From: an uncultured Verrucomicrobiae bacterium
Lineage (GTDB): Bacteria; Verrucomicrobiota; Verrucomicrobiia; Chthoniobacterales; Chthoniobacteraceae
Assembly (NCBI GenBank): GCA_963769025.1
Contig: CAVYKI010000003.1
Span: 672,001-736,000 of the forward strand
Direction: 5' to 3'
Length of the DNA stretch: 64,000 bases
In this document: positions 31,321 through 42,100 of the stretch, one piece after another
Layout: the number at the start of each line of letters is the position of its first letter
Numbering within the stretch: the first letter of the stretch is position 1
Made by a program: the position numbers and the translations under genes
Notes under the pieces: model-generated
The model's input: only the letters and a program-made list of their open reading frames with translations
What the model was told of the DNA's origin: nothing
The model's database searches: none

Positions 31321-34300
31321 ATGGACACCCCAAGAACCGCCCCATCCCGATCCGAAAACGCCCCCCCCGGTCCCGAAACGCCGCCAACCCCCTTCGTCCG
31401 TCGCCTTCGCCGTCCCAAGGCGGTTGCGCTCGTGCTCGTCATCGTATTCGTAGTCCTGCTCAGCGGACTCATCGTCTCCTTCTTTGCGCGTGTCGCGACG
31501 GACCTCGGCTCCTCCCGCTCCTACGCCGAAGGCGTGGCGGTCCGGCAGTTGGCCGACTCCGCCGTGAGCGTCGTCATGGGCCAGATCCGTGCGGCCACGA
31601 GCCTGCCGAACGCCGCGTGGGCATCCCAGCCCGGGATGATCCGTACCTATCGCAGCGCGACCGGACAGCCCGGACCCGACGCGGCTGTGTTCTTCAAGCT
31701 CTACTCGTCAAACAACCTGACCCTCTCAGGCGCAGATATCGCGAATTTCGATCCGACCGTCACCGACCAATCCCTGTCCTCCAGCGCCGTCGAAGTCCCC
31801 CTCGGAATCGGCGGCTGGCGGCAGCAGCCGGCGTTTTTCACCGACCTCAATGAGCCGGTGGAAGTGGCTGACCCGGAAGCTGGGGCGGGCATCAGCAAGA
31901 CCATCAAACGTTACCCCATTTTCGACCCGTCGGTCGCCGCGATCTACAACCCCGGCAGCCGCCCCGCCAAACCCGCATGGAAGGTGGAAGGATGCGAAAT
32001 CGCCCTCTCCGCCAGCGATCGGACGGGAAACGATGCCCCCATGCCAGTCCGGTGGATCTACATCCTCGCGGACGGCACCCTCACGACCCCCGTCCCCCTC
32101 ACCCGGCCCGCGAACGGAACCTTGGGCTTGATCGCGACATGGTCCACCGTCGGGCCGGATGGCACTTCCAAGACGGGCGTCCCGACAAAAACCAACCCCA
32201 TCGTCGGGCGCATGGGCTTCTGGACCGATGACGACTCGTGCAAGATCAACCTGAATACCGCGGGCGGATTCGTGCTCCCGTCCGGCGTGGACGAAGACGT
32301 CAACCTGAACTACACGAAGCCCACCAAGACGCTGCCCGAAAAGAACCCCGGTTACTATGCGGGCTCCTTTTGGGATACGCCGCGGGTGCAGACGTATTTC
32401 GACCGGGGCATCAATAACACCAATGTCGAAAACTACCGCGGCGGGCTTTCCAACTCCCAGCCCGGGCGGAACGAGTTCCAGCGCTACCCCGGCCATCCCT
32501 CGACGACCTCCCTCGGACTCGTGTTCAAAAATCTCCTGCCGGGCGTCTCGACGGGCTTCAGCTCGGCCAAGCTGTACGCGATGACCCCGCGCCTCATGCC
32601 CGGCGGTTCGAAGAATGGCAACGCCCGCCTTGAGACCAAATTCGACCTGCCGTTGCCAATCAAATCCCGCTACACGGCGAGCAAGCCCGGCACGGCCGGC
32701 TATCATCTCTTTGGCTCCGTCGATGAGCTCGCCTTCACAACCCTCAATGGCGAACGGAAATCCGTGGAGGATGCCATCAACGAATGGGTGGCAAGCCAGC
32801 CCACGCCGACCGATGGCTTGCCGCCAGAGGTCCCGCTGCAGGAGGGTTCGCTCACCCCCGATATGGTGGACAAAGTGCGCTTCTTCCTTACGGCAAAGGG
32901 CCGCTCGCCGGAGCTGAACCTTTTCGGCCGTCCCCGGGTGGCGATCTGGCCGGTTCCCAGCGCGAAACGCGAAGCGCTTCTTCAGAGCTACAACATCCGG
33001 AATGCGAGCGACGATTTCATCCGCTTCTGCGCGACAGTCGGGCGGAACAGCGATCCGACGACGCAGGCCGTCACCCGGCAGGGCGAATTCATCTTCGACC
33101 GCGAGGATCCCTATAGTTCCACGGTTGATTTCAACCTGCCCCGCAATCAGCAGGTTTTCGGCTATCTGCGGGAACTCACCTCGTCCTCCGGTGGCCAGAT
33201 TCCCGGGTTCGGCGGCAACTTCGAAACGAAGTACGCCAACGGCGCCGGCGGGCGGGATCAGATATTGACCGAGATCTTCGACTACATCCGGACCATCAAC
33301 CAGAAGGACGGCTCCCGGGAACGGACGATCGACGAAAAAACCGTCGCTCGCTCGCTCGTGAACAATCAGCTCAAGGCCGCCTCCCGCTACGCCCCCCACG
33401 CCATCGTGATTCCCACGCGCACGACCTTCGCTGGCAGGAAGGTCTCAGGCTTTGGCCGCTATCCCACCATCTCAGAAGCCACGTTGGTATTCTACAATGG
33501 CGGCTACACGTGTCAGCCTAAGAAGGGAAGTGACCTCGAGAAGGCGGACCTGCCGGACGGCGGGTCTGCGCGGACTGGAGGAAACAACGCCCTGGTCACC
33601 ATCTATGACCTGACAAAATCCCCCGGCGATCCCCGGGATCCCGCGTCGGCCCAGGCGAATCTGGATCGTACATCCGACTGGGCGAAGGCAAATGTCGAGC
33701 GATGGACCGGACAGCTCATCCGCGCGTTCGTGATATTCGAAACGTTCAATCCCATGCAGGGCTACGCGCCGGTTGATAACTTTACCAACATCAGCCTGGT
33801 GGACACCACGAAAGTGGGAACCGACGGGAAGCTGCAGCGGTACAATTTTGCTGACACCAACAAGGGCTTCTTCGTCCACGAGCTGAAGATCAACGGCCAG
33901 TTTGCCATCCAGACGGCCGGGTCGGGCGGCGCAAAGCCCATCGGCATCGGCGCCGGCACTAGCGGCGGCACCATCAAGAACTCATTCACCCGCACCTCGG
34001 GCGAAACGTGGGGAGGCCGCAATTTTGGCGGAATGGAAGGCTTCTTCCACACGATGCAGGACGACATTTCCTCCATTCCTTCCGCTGCCAACTATTATGC
34101 ATTCCAGTCCAGATGCGAGGATCTCGTCCGCGACGGCGTGCGCGTCGGACTCGAAGACAAGACGTTCGACTTCTTCGGCGGCGACATGGACCTGTTCATC
34201 CGTTACGAGGACAAGGCCGGCCACAACGAACAGATTCAGAAAATCACCCTGAACTTTCCAAACGCCAAGGGGTGGCCGTTGCCGACCCCGTCGTACCGCC

Positions 34301-36000
34301 TCGATACCGGGGGATTTGACAATCGGAATCCGGCCTTTGACAGCAACGGGGCCGACTCATGGCACGCGTGGGGCACATACTTGAAAAAGCACAATCTGCC
34401 CAGCGGATGGGGAATGGGCTACAACTTGCCTTCGAGGATCGCATGGAGCCGGGAGCACTCCTACAATCCTTGGACGAAATTCGACAAAAACGGAAAGCAG
34501 GTGGGGGACGGCTACCGCTACGCCAATCGTTTCCTGCAGATCGTCCAGCCAGGAGATACGATCCGCAGTCTCGTGGTCGGCGGCGGCGACCCGGCGGCGG
34601 CAGACCCGCGGATCGGTGCGCTGCAGCAGGAAGGCGGGACCATGCAGCCACATCCCGACTATTTCAGCACCACCAAGCGCCGCGCCGAGACGCTCCGTTA
34701 CGCCAGCGGGGGGTTCTACTTTGATCCATCGACGCCCACGTATGCGGAGCCGCCGGAAAGTTCCACCCAGCCGACCACAGGCTCGTTCATCCCACTCGCC
34801 GGCACGAAGTACAAGCCTGGTTACGGCCCGGATCTGGTGCGGACGGATTCCAAGGGGCAACCGTTCGTGGCTAAGCGGTCTGACGGCCAGCTCGCCGATT
34901 TTGACACAGGCATTGGCAGCTTTCCGGACGGCGCATTTGCCGGGAAGGCCGACGAAGGCAATGTGGCCGAGTATTGGCAGGACATCTGGGGCGTGTGGCA
35001 CTATGTGGAGCCCTACTTTACGACATGGGTCTATGATCCGCCGCTCGACACCTATTTCTCCCCAAATCGCCAGGTCCCGGGGCCCGTGATGTTCGGCTCC
35101 TTGCCGGCACCGCACAAAGATTGGTCGAAGTCCGGTTGGAAGACGCTGCTCTTCTGCCCGAACCCCGCCGGAGCCGGCCATCCCGGTGCACAGTCGCCAC
35201 CGGACCACCTGCTGCTGGACCTTTTCAACATGCCGGTGGTCGAGCCCTATGCCATCAGCGAACCGTTTTCCACCGCGGGAAAGGTGAACCTGAACTACCC
35301 GATGGTGCCATTCAGCTTCATCAAGCGCACGACCGCCCTGCGCGCCGCCCTGCATCCCCTTCGGGTGACTGCCATCCCGCAGTTCTTTGTCGATGGGAGC
35401 AAGCAGTTCCGCTATAAGGGGCAGGATAATGTCGAAAACTTCCGCTATCTCGTGGATCGGGATGAGACGCTGAAGGCGTTCGACGATTACTTCGACCAAT
35501 ACAAGAAGAACAGAAGCGGCGGCTTCTTTAAGTCTGCCTCTCAGATCTGTGAGCGCTACCTCTACCCGAAGGGCACGACCGTCGATGGAAGCTCGGTGAA
35601 ATTCACGAAGGGCGAAGGGCAGATCAAGGCGTTCTGGGAGAAAAACCAGCTCACGGGCGACAACGTCCGCGAGAAGCCGTACGCGGACCTCTATCCGCGG
35701 ATAACCACGAAGTCGAATACCTATACCATTCACTACCGCGTCCAGACGCTGCGCCAGCGAAAGTACACGGGAGATGCCAAAGGCGAAGATGCCTATTATC
35801 GCACTTTCGATGAAAGCCGGGATCGCGTGCTGGCTGAATTCCGCGGCAATACGACGATCGAGCGCTATCTCGACCCCGAAGATCCGCGCTTCCAGCCCTC
35901 ATACGTCCCGGCCAAGGACAGGATCGATGTCGAGAAAAAGTCCCTCGAGGAGGCTTACCGGTTCCGGATCATCTACAACAAGCGCTTCTCACCTTGGTAG
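31321..36000 (+). CDS. vccA: Verru_Chthon cassette protein A (TIGR02600-like)
   Basis: Pilin-like N-terminal helix ALVLVIVFVVLLSGLIVSFF; WASQPGMIRTY, FKLYSS, DLNEPV, PMPVRWIY, NPIVGRMGFWTDDDSCKINLNTA, NEFQRYPGHP, FSPNRQ, PPDHLLLDLFNMPVVEPYAISEPFSTAGKVNLNY, TGDNVRE and YPRITTKSNTYT. Confidence 0.9.
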   Translation: MDTPRTAPSRSENAPPGPETPPTPFVRRLRRPKAVALVLVIVFVVLLSGLIVSFFARVATDLGSSRSYAEGVAVRQLADSAVSVVMGQIRAATSLPNAAWASQPGMIRTYRSATGQPGPDAAVFFKLYSSNNLTLSGADIANFDPTVTDQSLSSSAVEVPLGIGGWRQQPAFFTDLNEPVEVADPEAGAGISKTIKRYPIFDPSVAAIYNPGSRPAKPAWKVEGCEIALSASDRTGNDAPMPVRWIYILADGTLTTPVPLTRPANGTLGLIATWSTVGPDGTSKTGVPTKTNPIVGRMGFWTDDDSCKINLNTAGGFVLPSGVDEDVNLNYTKPTKTLPEKNPGYYAGSFWDTPRVQTYFDRGINNTNVENYRGGLSNSQPGRNEFQRYPGHPSTTSLGLVFKNLLPGVSTGFSSAKLYAMTPRLMPGGSKNGNARLETKFDLPLPIKSRYTASKPGTAGYHLFGSVDELAFTTLNGERKSVEDAINEWVASQPTPTDGLPPEVPLQEGSLTPDMVDKVRFFLTAKGRSPELNLFGRPRVAIWPVPSAKREALLQSYNIRNASDDFIRFCATVGRNSDPTTQAVTRQGEFIFDREDPYSSTVDFNLPRNQQVFGYLRELTSSSGGQIPGFGGNFETKYANGAGGRDQILTEIFDYIRTINQKDGSRERTIDEKTVARSLVNNQLKAASRYAPHAIVIPTRTTFAGRKVSGFGRYPTISEATLVFYNGGYTCQPKKGSDLEKADLPDGGSARTGGNNALVTIYDLTKSPGDPRDPASAQANLDRTSDWAKANVERWTGQLIRAFVIFETFNPMQGYAPVDNFTNISLVDTTKVGTDGKLQRYNFADTNKGFFVHELKINGQFAIQTAGSGGAKPIGIGAGTSGGTIKNSFTRTSGETWGGRNFGGMEGFFHTMQDDISSIPSAANYYAFQSRCEDLVRDGVRVGLEDKTFDFFGGDMDLFIRYEDKAGHNEQIQKITLNFPNAKGWPLPTPSYRLDTGGFDNRNPAFDSNGADSWHAWGTYLKKHNLPSGWGMGYNLPSRIAWSREHSYNPWTKFDKNGKQVGDGYRYANRFLQIVQPGDTIRSLVVGGGDPAAADPRIGALQQEGGTMQPHPDYFSTTKRRAETLRYASGGFYFDPSTPTYAEPPESSTQPTTGSFIPLAGTKYKPGYGPDLVRTDSKGQPFVAKRSDGQLADFDTGIGSFPDGAFAGKADEGNVAEYWQDIWGVWHYVEPYFTTWVYDPPLDTYFSPNRQVPGPVMFGSLPAPHKDWSKSGWKTLLFCPNPAGAGHPGAQSPPDHLLLDLFNMPVVEPYAISEPFSTAGKVNLNYPMVPFSFIKRTTALRAALHPLRVTAIPQFFVDGSKQFRYKGQDNVENFRYLVDRDETLKAFDDYFDQYKKNRSGGFFKSASQICERYLYPKGTTVDGSSVKFTKGEGQIKAFWEKNQLTGDNVREKPYADLYPRITTKSNTYTIHYRVQTLRQRKYTGDAKGEDAYYRTFDESRDRVLAEFRGNTTIERYLDPEDPRFQPSYVPAKDRIDVEKKSLEEAYRFRIIYNKRFSPW

Positions 36001-36171
36001 GCCTTGGAGCCGCCGGGCGCATGGAAGCGCCACCCGCAAAGCACCGGCAGGACGGGCACCAGCATCCGTTTACAAAACAGCGACGCCTCTCACAGGCCGC
36101 GTGTGCATTGGGCGATCGTTCGCGCGTGCTCCCAGGTCAGCGGAGCACGGATGCTGTATCCGTTTCCTGCC

Positions 36172-39100
36172 CTATTTGCGCCCGACGCGGCTGCGGACAC
36201 CGGTGAACCGGCGGCGCTCGCGGTAGCCGATGAGCGCGCACAGCGCGACCGCGCCGATGAGCGCCGTGGTCGCGGGCTCCGGCACAGGGACGATCTCAAA
36301 TCCGCCACCACCGAAGGTAATCTGGGCGCCGCTGCCGATGAAGGTGCTGCCGGCATCCGAGAAGAACAGGATGTTGTCGAGTTGGCCGCTGCTGTATCCG
36401 CTGTCAACCGAGAACAGGAACCGGTCCTGCCCGTCGCCGATGGTTCCCATGTCGGTGTCGCCGATATTGTAGAACGGCCCCGTCCAGTTGAAGACCCTCA
36501 GCGTGCCCGTGAACCCGGCGTTTGCGTTGGTGAACGTCAGCGCGTTGCCATTGACGTTGGTCCCGAAGTCCAGCGTGGATGTCCCGCTGAGCGTGAGGCT
36601 CATGAAGGTCTGGTTCTGGCCGGAGACGATGTTGCCAATCTGCGCCGTCCCGTCGGCGACGGTCAGCGTCGCCGCGCCGCCGCCCACGATGGTGCTCGCA
36701 TTGTTGTTCATCAGCAGCGTGCCGCCGCTGTTCACCGTCACCGCGGACGTTCCGCTCAGGGTGCCGGTGACCTCCAGCGTGCCGCCGTTGACATTCGTCG
36801 CCGCGGTGAATCCGCTGTTGCTGGTGCCCGAGATGGTCACGGTTCCCGCTCCGACCTTGGTCAGATCCGCAACGCCGGTGCCGGTGATGGCCCCGCTCAC
36901 GTTGAGTTTGTCACCAGCGGTCGCCGCTCCGATCGAGCTCGCAGTCTGCAAGGTGACCGGGCCGCCGACGGATGCGCTGAGTCCCGTGCCCGTCAGCGCG
37001 CCTTGCGAAGCCGAGCCGGTGCCGTTCAGGAAGATCGCCTCGCTGGCGACCGTCACGTTATTGATGTCCAGCGTGCCGCCCGCGCTGACCGTGGTGCCGT
37101 TCGTGGCTGCGCCGAGGCCCGCCGCGTTCGCGACGCTCAGGACGCCGCCGGTGACGGCCGTCGTGCCGGAGTAGGTGTTGACCCCGCTGACCGTCCAGGT
37201 CCCGGTGCCAGCCTTCGCCACACCCGTGTTATTCGTTCCGGTGAGGTTGTCCACGATGGCTCCGGCGATTTCGCCGGTTCCTGCGGTGGAGCCTTGCAAG
37301 GTCAGGGTCTTGTTCGCCCCGGCTCCCGTCGCGGTGAAGTCGCTCGTGAACTTCACAAGGCCCGTGCCCGACTGGTCGAGGGTGCCGCCGCCGGTGGTGC
37401 CGGCGAGGTCCACGACGCGGTCGGTCGTTTCGCCTGCGCCGGTGTAGATGAGCGTGCCGGTCGTGGCTGCCGCACCGAGGCCGATGGTGCCGTTGGCGAC
37501 CGAGTTGGGCGCGCCGAGGTTGCTGCTGGCGCTTGGTGCCGGGGTGGCCACGCTGTTGATCGAGCCGACGCTGATGGCACCGTTCTGGATGGTCGTCTTG
37601 CCGGTGTAGGTGTTCGGACCCGACATCGTCATCGTGCCCGTGCCGGTCTTGGTCAGCGAGTTCGTCACGGTGGCCGGGGTCCCTCCGCTCATGATGCCTG
37701 AGTAGACGGTGCTGCCGCCATTACCGCCGGTGGTCAGCAAGCCCGGGATGGACGGAGTGAGGCTGCTCAGGGTGACGAAGCCGCCGCCCGCGAGGGAGCC
37801 GATGGTTTCGGTCTGGCTGTTGACATCGAAGGTCGCGCCGGCATCGACCGTCAAGGCCGAGCCGTTCGGGATCCTGTCACCGGTCGTGCCGAGCTGCAAC
37901 GTGCCGCTGGCGACGGTGGTGGTGCCGCCGTAGACGTTCGTCGCGGTGGTGAACTGCGTGACGCCGGGGCCGCGGGTCGTCAGGTTGAAGCCGCCTGAAA
38001 TCGCGCCGCTGACGGTGAAGAGCGTCCCCGCGCTGGTCGCGGCGATGGTGCTGTCCGAGGCCATGATCACCGTGCCGGACTGGATGGCCGTGCCGGTGCC
38101 GTTGAGGGCGCCCATCAGATCCGCCGGGCCGTAGCCGAAGGCGGCGAGGTTGCCCGCCGTCGTGTCGCCCGCGCCGTTGATGGTCACGCCGATTTCTGCG
38201 CTGGAGGCATTGCTGATGTTCAGCGTGGCTCCGTTCGCCACCACGGTCGTGCCGGCGGTCGTGCCGAGGCCGAGCGCATTGGTGATTGAGAGCGTGCCGA
38301 CATTGATGTTCGTGATGCCGGTGTAGCTGTTCGCACCATTGAGGATCAGCAGTCCGGTGCCGGTCTTGGTCAGCGTGCCGGTGGTGGTGCCGATGATGGA
38401 CGAGATGGTCGTATTGCCGGTCCCGGTGACCGTGAGTCCGAACGTGGCACCGGAGAGCGTGCCGGGGTTCGACAGCGTGAGCAGGCCCGCGTCGGACTGG
38501 ATGGTCGTGTTGCCGGACAGGTTCACCAGACCGCCGTAAACGTTGTTGCCGCTCAGGTTGCGCAGCGCGCCGTTGCCACCGCTGCCGGTGCCGTTGAGCG
38601 TGAGCAGTTCGTTCGGGTCCACCGCGATGTTGCCCGAGAGCGCGAGCGTGGCGCCGCTGGAGACCTCCGTGCGGGTGCCGGCCGTGGCGTCGGCGGTGCC
38701 GAGGGCGTCGCCGTTGGTGATGCTCAGGATGCCCTGCGCGACGAGCGTCGTACCGGAGTGCGCATTTGCCGCGCTCAGGACGAGGGTGCCGGTGCCGGAC
38801 TTCGTCAGCGAAGTCGCCCCGCCGGTCACCTTGCCGGCGAGCGTCAGCACGTTGCCGCTGGTGACTGCGATGGTCGGGGTCGCGTTCGTCAGGGCGATCG
38901 GCGTGTTGAAGGTCGCCGTGCCGGTGGCCGCGCTGTCGGTGATGGCCGCCGCATCAACGATCGTCAGCGTGAAGCCACCCGTATTTTGCAGCACGATCGT
39001 GGACGCGTCGCTGATTGTCAGGCCGCCGATGCTCATGTTGCTGCCGAGCACCATGCTGCCCTGGTTCGTGGCGCCGGTGGCGGAGAGGGTGACCGCCGTG

Positions 39101-42100
39101 GACGATCCGGGGACCTGCCCGGTGGCCATCGTGCCCGCGGCATCGGTGGTCCAGTTGCTGTTGGCCGAGCCATCGGACACGGACCACACGTTGGCACCAC
39201 CCGCGAAGCCGCCCTTCCAGAACGCACCGGTCAGTTCGGCTGCGGGGAGGGTGTCCAAGGTCACCAAGGTATCAGTCTGATTGCTCAGGAGCATCGGGAG
39301 GACCGTGAAGTTGGTGTTGTTGTAAACATTGCCGATCATGTAGCTGCCGGAGCTGCCGTTCGACGTGGTGAGGCCGCCGGAAGGCGCGCTGATCACGGTG
39401 TGGGTGCCGCCAGGAGCCGAGCCGGTGATGCCATAGACATCGATCGAGGTGATGCCTGCGTGCGAGGCGAGTGCGCCGGTGTTGAGGGCGAGCTGGCTGC
39501 TGAAGGCCCCGGAGCCGACTTCCATGCCGACACGCTGCGTTGCGCCGCTGAAGGTGAGGACCGTGCCGCTGTTCGCGCCGAGGGTCAGGATCTCATCGGC
39601 GTTGATGCCCGTCCGCATGTTGAAGGTCGCGCCGTTGCCCACCGTGAGGCTGCTGGTGCCGCTGATGCCGTCGATCACTCCCGCCGTGGCGTGGGTGACT
39701 TCCAGGATGCCGCCGCTGACCACCGTCGAACCGACGTAGGTGTTGATGTTGCTCAGCGTCAGCTTGGTCGAGCCGGTCTTGGCGAGGTTGATGTTGTACT
39801 GGATGACGCCGCCGTAGATGGAGTCGAGCGTCGCGCCGCTGCCGACGGTGAGGGTCTTCACCTCGGTCGAGCTGTTGGTCACGTAGCCGCTGCCGGTGAG
39901 GTTCGTCGTCGCGGCGGTCAGGCCGGTGGAAGGCGAGGTCAGGCGGCCGATGGTCTGGTTGAAGCCGTTCAGGTCGAGGACCGAGGCGCCCGTGGTGCTC
40001 ACGTCGCCCGTCGTGGGCAGCGAGTTGTTGGCACCGATGCGGAGCATGCCCTGGAGGAGGTTCGTGCCGCCCAGGTAGGTGTTCGCGCCGGAGAGCGTGA
40101 CGGTGTCGTAGCCCTGCTTGGTCAGCCCGCCGGGGCCGCCGATCGCGCCTTTGATCTCGAGGATGACGCCCCTGGCCGTGTTGCCGAACGGAGAGAACGG
40201 ATTCGCCTGCACGCCGTTGTCGTAGCCGTTGATGCCCTGGTTGATGTTCTGACCGAGGAACGAGTTGCCGGCCAGCGTGAAGGTCACGCCGCTGCCGAGG
40301 GTGCGATAGACCGCGAACTGGGTGGCGTTGGCCGCAATGCCCTGGTCGTCCACCTTCACGAAGCCCTCGATGGAGCCGCCATTCATCGTCACCGCCACGG
40401 TGCCGGTCTGGTCGTTGTTAATCTGAAGCGTCCCTGCGCCTAGATTGATGGCTCCGGTGCGGGCGCCATTCACACTCCAGCGCTCGATGCCGCCATCCTC
40501 GTAGGTCACCGTGTTGGTGACGCCGCCCGCCGCGAAGATGTCGAGGACGCCGAAGCGCTTCACATTCACCGCGCCCGTGCCGAGCGAGGCGGTGTTGAAG
40601 ACGCCGACCTCTCCCTGCTCGATGCTCACGTTGCCGGCAAAGGTGCTCGCGCCACGGATGTAGAGTTCCGCATTGCCCCACTTCTTAAAGGTCTGGTCCG
40701 CGCTGCCCGAGAGGCTCGCGATGGACAGGCCGATGCCGGAGCCGGAGGTGAAGTTGTTGTTAATGGACGTCTGGCCGATGTTCAGGATGGCGCTCGCGTT
40801 CGCACCGACCAGCGAAACGTCGCCGACCTGGAGCAGCGCGCGCTGCTGGTTGGCGGTGAAGGCCAGTTGCGCGTCGTGCAATGCACCGCCCGTGGAGGTG
40901 ATGACCACGTTCGAGAACGAACCGGCGGCGCCGAGCGACTGGGTGCGATCCGCCGCGCCGGGGGTGTAGTTGATCAGGGCGTTGTCCGTCACGAGCAGGT
41001 TGCCCATGGAGTAGAACTCGTTGAGCGCGCTGCCCTGGTTGGCGTTGAGCTGGAGCGTGGGCGTGCCGGTGGCGTTGGCGTGGAGGGCCACGGTGTTCGT
41101 GGCCGTCGCATTGCCGAGGGCGCCAAAGACGTTGGCGACGATCGAGCCTTCGTTGACGTTCCAGCCGTTCGAGTAGCCGTTTCCCGGGCCGCGGGCCGCG
41201 TCGCTCTGGTCCTTGGCAATGGTGATCGAGGAGGCACCGAACTTGGTGATGCCCGCCGCGCCGACATTCTGGATGTCGCCGTTGATGGTGAGCCCGGCCT
41301 GGCTGAAGATCAGCGCTTCCTTGCCGTTGAAGTTCAGGTTCGGGTTAATCACCGCCGCCGCGTAGGCGAGGATGCCGCCGCCGCGCCGCACCCGCCTGGT
41401 TGAGCGTGATGGTGTTGAACTGGCCGAAGGCGTTGTTGACCGTGAATGCACCGATGCGGAAGGCGAACGTGGAGACATCGCCGGCCAGCGTCGTGTTGGC
41501 CGTCACGTCATCGATCCGCGTGTTGTTGTTCCCGCCGAAGTTCGTGCTGTTGTAGGTGACGTTGATCAGCCGGTTCGTGCCGCCGCCCGCGTCGGTCAGG
41601 AAGGACTGGCCGACTGCGTTGATGAAGCCGTTCACGATGTAAGCCGGCAGCATGTTCACGCCACCGCCCACCGTCGCAGGCAGGCCACCGGAGGCCACGA
41701 AGTTGTCGGTGTTGCCCGCCGTTCGTGCCGAAGGTGTCGCCGGGCACGAAGACCATCGTGCCGGTGCCGACACGGGTCAGGGAGGCAGCGGTCAGGACAG
41801 TTGCGTGTGGCAGGCACGCCGGGGTTGATGATGCCGATCCGGGAACCCTTGTCGAAGGTGATATGCCCCGACCGTTTCGGTGATGCCGACGTGGCATTCT
41901 GCGACTGGAAGAAGAGCGACGAGCCGTTCAGCGCGATGGCCGCGGTGTCGCTCCAGCGGTTCATGTTGTTGCCGGCGGTGATGCCGTTGCCGTCGAGGCT
42001 CAGCGTCGAGCCGGGGTGGAAGACGTAGGTGTTGGCGTTGTTCGGCCGAGCAGATCGCCGGGCGTGTTCAAGGCATTGCGGAACTGGCCGTTCACGCTGA

